Source: an uncultured virus (IMG/VR IMGVR_UViG_3300045257_000098) (taxonomy: Duplodnaviria > Heunggongvirae > Uroviricota > Caudoviricetes). From it: a stretch of 64,000 bases of DNA. The notes below the pieces were generated by a model, which was not told where the DNA came from, made no database searches, and was given only the letters and a program-made list of their open reading frames with translations. A program made the translations under genes and the position numbers. Positions 60,905 to 64,000 of the stretch are shown in pieces. The stretch is taken from the IMG/VR virus record IMGVR_UViG_3300045257_000098, one strand, 5' to 3'. The first letter of the stretch is position 1. Each line of letters opens with the position of its first letter.

Positions 60905-61053
60905 CTTCCCTTGTGGCACGCCAAGTTCTTTGTGCAACGCGCCCGGCTTCTTTATGGCGCCCGCAATCCAGTGATCTGCCATTATGCGGCCTTGCCTTTC
61001 TCTGCTGGCTTCTCTGGCTCTGCCGGTACCAGCTGTGCGCAATCGAGCGATTT
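60905..61053. repeat. 149-bp exact direct repeat, copy 2
   Basis: Identical to 60615-60763; gives a truncated 31-aa MADHW...GKLGRPK ORF (60887-60982, -). Confidence 0.95.
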
Positions 61054-61885
61054 AATGAACTCCCGCAGTGCTTTGGGCACATAATGCACGCCAGCAGGTG
61101 TTAGCGCCGTGATGCTGTACTTGCCGACGCGCTTATAGTCCACTTTCCGCGAGTTCATGCGCGGTTGCGTGCCAACGTACAGCACAATGTGATACTTAGC
61201 CGGCAAGATGATCTTTCGACCGTTGGTTTCGCGTGGCGCGCGCACTGCCGAACGAAGGTCGATTGCTGGTACGTAATCTGGCTGCACTTGGCTTGCAGCG
61301 TACCACAGACTGTACGTTGAAGCAAAGCGCAACGTTGGGTGGAAGTACCGCCGAAGGCGCAACGTCCAGTGGGCTGGACGATTGTCCAACGGCATGTCTG
61401 TGACCATTGTCCCATTGTCCTGTCTGTCGCTATCTCAGCTGCACGCTAGGCCCACTCAGCCAGGTGCAGGATCAGCGCGCCGGCCGCTTGAGCACTACCC
61501 ACCTTCCGATGTTCATGTCACGACCAGGCGCGTTGTTTTAACACGTTGTACGCGCTTACGAGTTGTCTGTGGGGGAGAAGGGGCGAGTGGCGGGGGCATC
61601 TTCTCACGAGCTGGCAAGTTTATTTTTTTGCAGTTTATTTTTTACCGGTCGGGCTTAGGGAGGTGCGGTGAGGGCACTACGAAGCCCGGTGGTCAGGGGG
61701 GCCGCAGATGAGGCAGAGTGCGGGATCGCAGGGGCGACAGGTCACGATATTAGTCTAATGACAAGAGCAGTGGAACACAAGATGCCTCCGCGATAAAGGC
61801 GTCGGAGGAAGGTGATTTTAAAGACACGTGTATCTTCCGTAGGTTTCAAGATGCACTCGATCCACGGGGTGCCGTGGCGGCCTGC

Positions 61886-62395
61886 TTACGCTACAGCCTG
61901 TCCATTGTCCGCACGGTTGCCGTTATTCACCGGCTTGGTCGCGGGGGAACTTTGTTGCAGTGCTGCATCTCCCTCTGTAGGGTCTTCCGGCACTGGCACA
62001 TCGCAGATGGCCGTCACGTGTGACTCAGCCCTGAGTATGCGCTGACATTCAATTGAAATTGCGTAAACTACCTCATTGGTCCAATGCTCGACCATAGCTG
62101 AGGAAACGTGAAAGACTTTGAACCCGTGAGATCGTAGTACGGCATCTCGCGCCATGTCCTTTTCGATCTGCGCGGGTTGGAAATGATAACCGCCGTCGAC
62201 CTCAACGATCAGTTTAGTTTTTGGGCAGTAAAAATCGGCAATCCAGCCGAGGATCACGGCCTGTTGTCGGAAACGGAATCCGGTCTGTTTGTCTCGTAGA
62301 CGGTTCCAGAGAATGCGTTCCGATGGGGTTGTATTTCGGCGCATTTGACGCGCCTTTACGAACTTTCTTGGCGGGCAGTTATTCCTGAAGGCCAT
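61886..62395 (-). CDS. DUF559 / Vsr-like endonuclease domain protein
   Basis: ARQMRRNTTPSERILWNRLR...FRQQ...IADFYCPKTKLIVEVDGGYH...RDAVLRSHGFKV. Confidence 0.9.
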   Translation of the reverse strand: MAFRNNCPPRKFVKARQMRRNTTPSERILWNRLRDKQTGFRFRQQAVILGWIADFYCPKTKLIVEVDGGYHFQPAQIEKDMARDAVLRSHGFKVFHVSSAMVEHWTNEVVYAISIECQRILRAESHVTAICDVPVPEDPTEGDAALQQSSPATKPVNNGNRADNGQAVA

Positions 62396-62827
62396 TGGGT
62401 ACGGGTGCAGGGTGGGCTATGGGTTTCTCGTGTCCCCCACTGCTAGCTGCCGTTGGTAGTGGATTGCCTATGATTCCGTTTCTGAGAGAGTTTCCGTAAT
62501 CAAGGAACTGACTATCACTAAAGTAAGGGATTCCCCTTACGGTCTGTACAAGAATATCAAGATCATGTTCTGGAACCTGGATGCCCCACTGTGTGTTTAC
62601 TGTTTCTTTAGGAAGGAATCGTGCTCCTACCGGGGCCAAAAGACTGGCGAACCATCCGCGTCTGGTGATATTGGGAATCGGATTGTCGGTGTTTATCATT
62701 CGCCCTAGCCGACGTTGAAGGCGGGATGGTGGGCTAGCACCAGAGCCCGCCTATTCCTGTTGAGAGAACAGTGACAGATCAATATTGCTCATTTCTTTTT
62801 CCTTTGTCAAGTGTATACTTGGATTCG

Positions 62828-63487
62828 ATGCCAAGTTCTGTGTCTCAACCTCACAAGCCATCCAAAAACTTAGTCGATATCCTTACGGACGCAGTGGCCG
62901 AGATTCTGGATGACCACAATTCTAAGATCTTGCGCCGCCTAGATGCGATTGAGGAAGATATCGAGGAGTTGACAACGGCGGTAGCGGCTTTACCGACTCT
63001 GGAGCAGATTCGGCAAATCATTGAGGTAATGCTTGGAATCCCAGGATTCCCGGTGAAATTCGATGTGACCATTACCCAAGCGACACAACAAATTCAAAAG
63101 GAGTACGACATGGCTGCAAAAGTTGCAAAGAAACATTCGGTTTCACTAGAGATTCTGGAGAACGGTACCGTTCGTTATACGGCCACACCGACCGACGCCA
63201 ACGGCAATCCGACCACCCTTCCGGCTGGTTCACCTCCAGCTACATGGGCGTCAAGTGATCCAGACCTGACGCTGGCCGCCGATCCTACCGATACCAGCGG
63301 CTTTAACCTGTTGCAAATCGGCACGGCTGGAACGACTCCGGCGACGGGAGTGGTGGCGACGATTACCGATACCATCACTAACCCGGCCGATGGTAGCGTT
63401 TCGACTATCACAGGCGCGGCTGATCCGGTAAACATCGTGCCGGCGCCTCCCGGATTTCCGACTTCGTTCGTGGTCACAGAAGCGTAA
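62828..63487 (+). CDS. coiled-coil + Ig-like domain protein
   Basis: TATACT upstream of ATG 62828; YTATPTDANGN...TWASSDP Ig-like motif; internal AAGGAG-ATG at 63110. Confidence 0.6.
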   Translation: MPSSVSQPHKPSKNLVDILTDAVAEILDDHNSKILRRLDAIEEDIEELTTAVAALPTLEQIRQIIEVMLGIPGFPVKFDVTITQATQQIQKEYDMAAKVAKKHSVSLEILENGTVRYTATPTDANGNPTTLPAGSPPATWASSDPDLTLAADPTDTSGFNLLQIGTAGTTPATGVVATITDTITNPADGSVSTITGAADPVNIVPAPPGFPTSFVVTEA

Positions 63488-63506
63488 GTTTCCCCCGGTC
63501 GCAAGC

Positions 63507-63531
63507 GGGGCGGCTCCGGTCGCCCCTTTTT
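63507..63531 (+). terminator. intrinsic terminator
   Basis: GGGGCGGC-TCCG-GTCGCCCC-TTTTT. Confidence 0.7.
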
Positions 63532-63533
63532 CC

Positions 63534-64000
63534 ATGCGTACTGTTGCCAAGTTCGGGTGGATACCGGATCTCCCGGATCAAAGGGACCGTCGATCCACGT
63601 TAAGGCCCCGTTCGGCCCCTCTGCCACCCAGCCTAAGCCTCCAGTCTGCCATGCCTCCCGTTTACGACCAGGGACAACTGGGGAGTTGCGTGGCCAATGC
63701 CACCGCAGCCATCGTGGATTATGAGCGAAAACGCCAGGGTCTGCGGTTTATGACTCCATCCCGGTTATTTATTTACTGGAATGCGCGTGATCTGGAGCAG
63801 TCTACGGACTCGGATTCCGGATGCATGATCCGGGATGCTATGAAAAGCCTGGATAAGCAGGGTGTGTGCGTAGAGAGCTTTTGGCACTATACGGAACCAT
63901 TTGACCGCCAGCCTAAATCTTTGTGCTATTCGACGGCTATCCGCCATCAGACGCTCCAATACTCTGCTCCATCCCAGTCCGCTATGGCACTCAAGTTGGG
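63534..64000 (+). CDS. papain-family (C1) cysteine peptidase, xylellain-like; partial, not in ORF track
   Basis: Hand translation MRTVAKFGWIPDLPDQRD...MPPVYDQGQLGSCVANA...PSRLFIYWNAR...DSGCMIRDAMK; open to the window edge. Confidence 0.85.
   Translation, partial: MRTVAKFGWIPDLPDQRDRRSTLRPRSAPLPPSLSLQSAMPPVYDQGQLGSCVANATAAIVDYERKRQGLRFMTPSRLFIYWNARDLEQSTDSDSGCMIRDAMKSLDKQGVCVESFWHYTEPFDRQPKSLCYSTAIRHQTLQYSAPSQSAMALKL

Noticed and set aside
60615..61053. Direct repeat as a DGR template/variable repeat pair
   Set aside because: Copies are identical with no adenine-specific mismatches, and no reverse transcriptase is recognisable in the window
1..64000. Integrated prophage with att sites; alternative genetic code
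   Set aside because: No integrase or host flank in the window; genes are intact under the standard code using all three stops

Overview
The whole window looks like most of one tailed dsDNA phage genome, with no host housekeeping genes. It is probably podovirus-like: there is no tape-measure or tail-tube gene, and there is an ejection-protein block. The + strand late region (~1-47 kb) runs terminase, portal, scaffold, major capsid, decoration proteins, adaptor/nozzle-like proteins, many fibre/depolymerase-like proteins, ejection proteins and a holin-like gene. A - strand early region (~47-60.7 kb) carries small hypothetical, replication, recombination and nuclease genes, two peptidoglycan hydrolases and two PEP-CTERM proteins. 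A repeat-rich, possibly terminal region (60.4-61.9 kb) follows, then a short + strand block ending in a papain-like protease cut by the window edge. PEP-CTERM tails and leaderless TANNNT-N6-ATG promoters suggest a diderm, exosortase-positive host (Acidobacteriota is plausible; inference only). Most notable: (1) a glycosyltransferase, a radical SAM enzyme and a methyltransferase sit among strongly Asn-enriched virion proteins, a candidate virion N-glycosylation system; (2) several fibre-type genes carry Sec-like signal peptides and paired cysteines, and a stand-alone copy of a fibre N-terminal domain lies in the early region; (3) two phage PEP-CTERM proteins; (4) a 149-bp exact direct repeat brackets a 36-bp palindrome and an IHF-consensus site; (5) a highly structured ~200-nt intergenic element lies beside the replication gene. 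All assignments come from motif recognition by eye; no searches were run.
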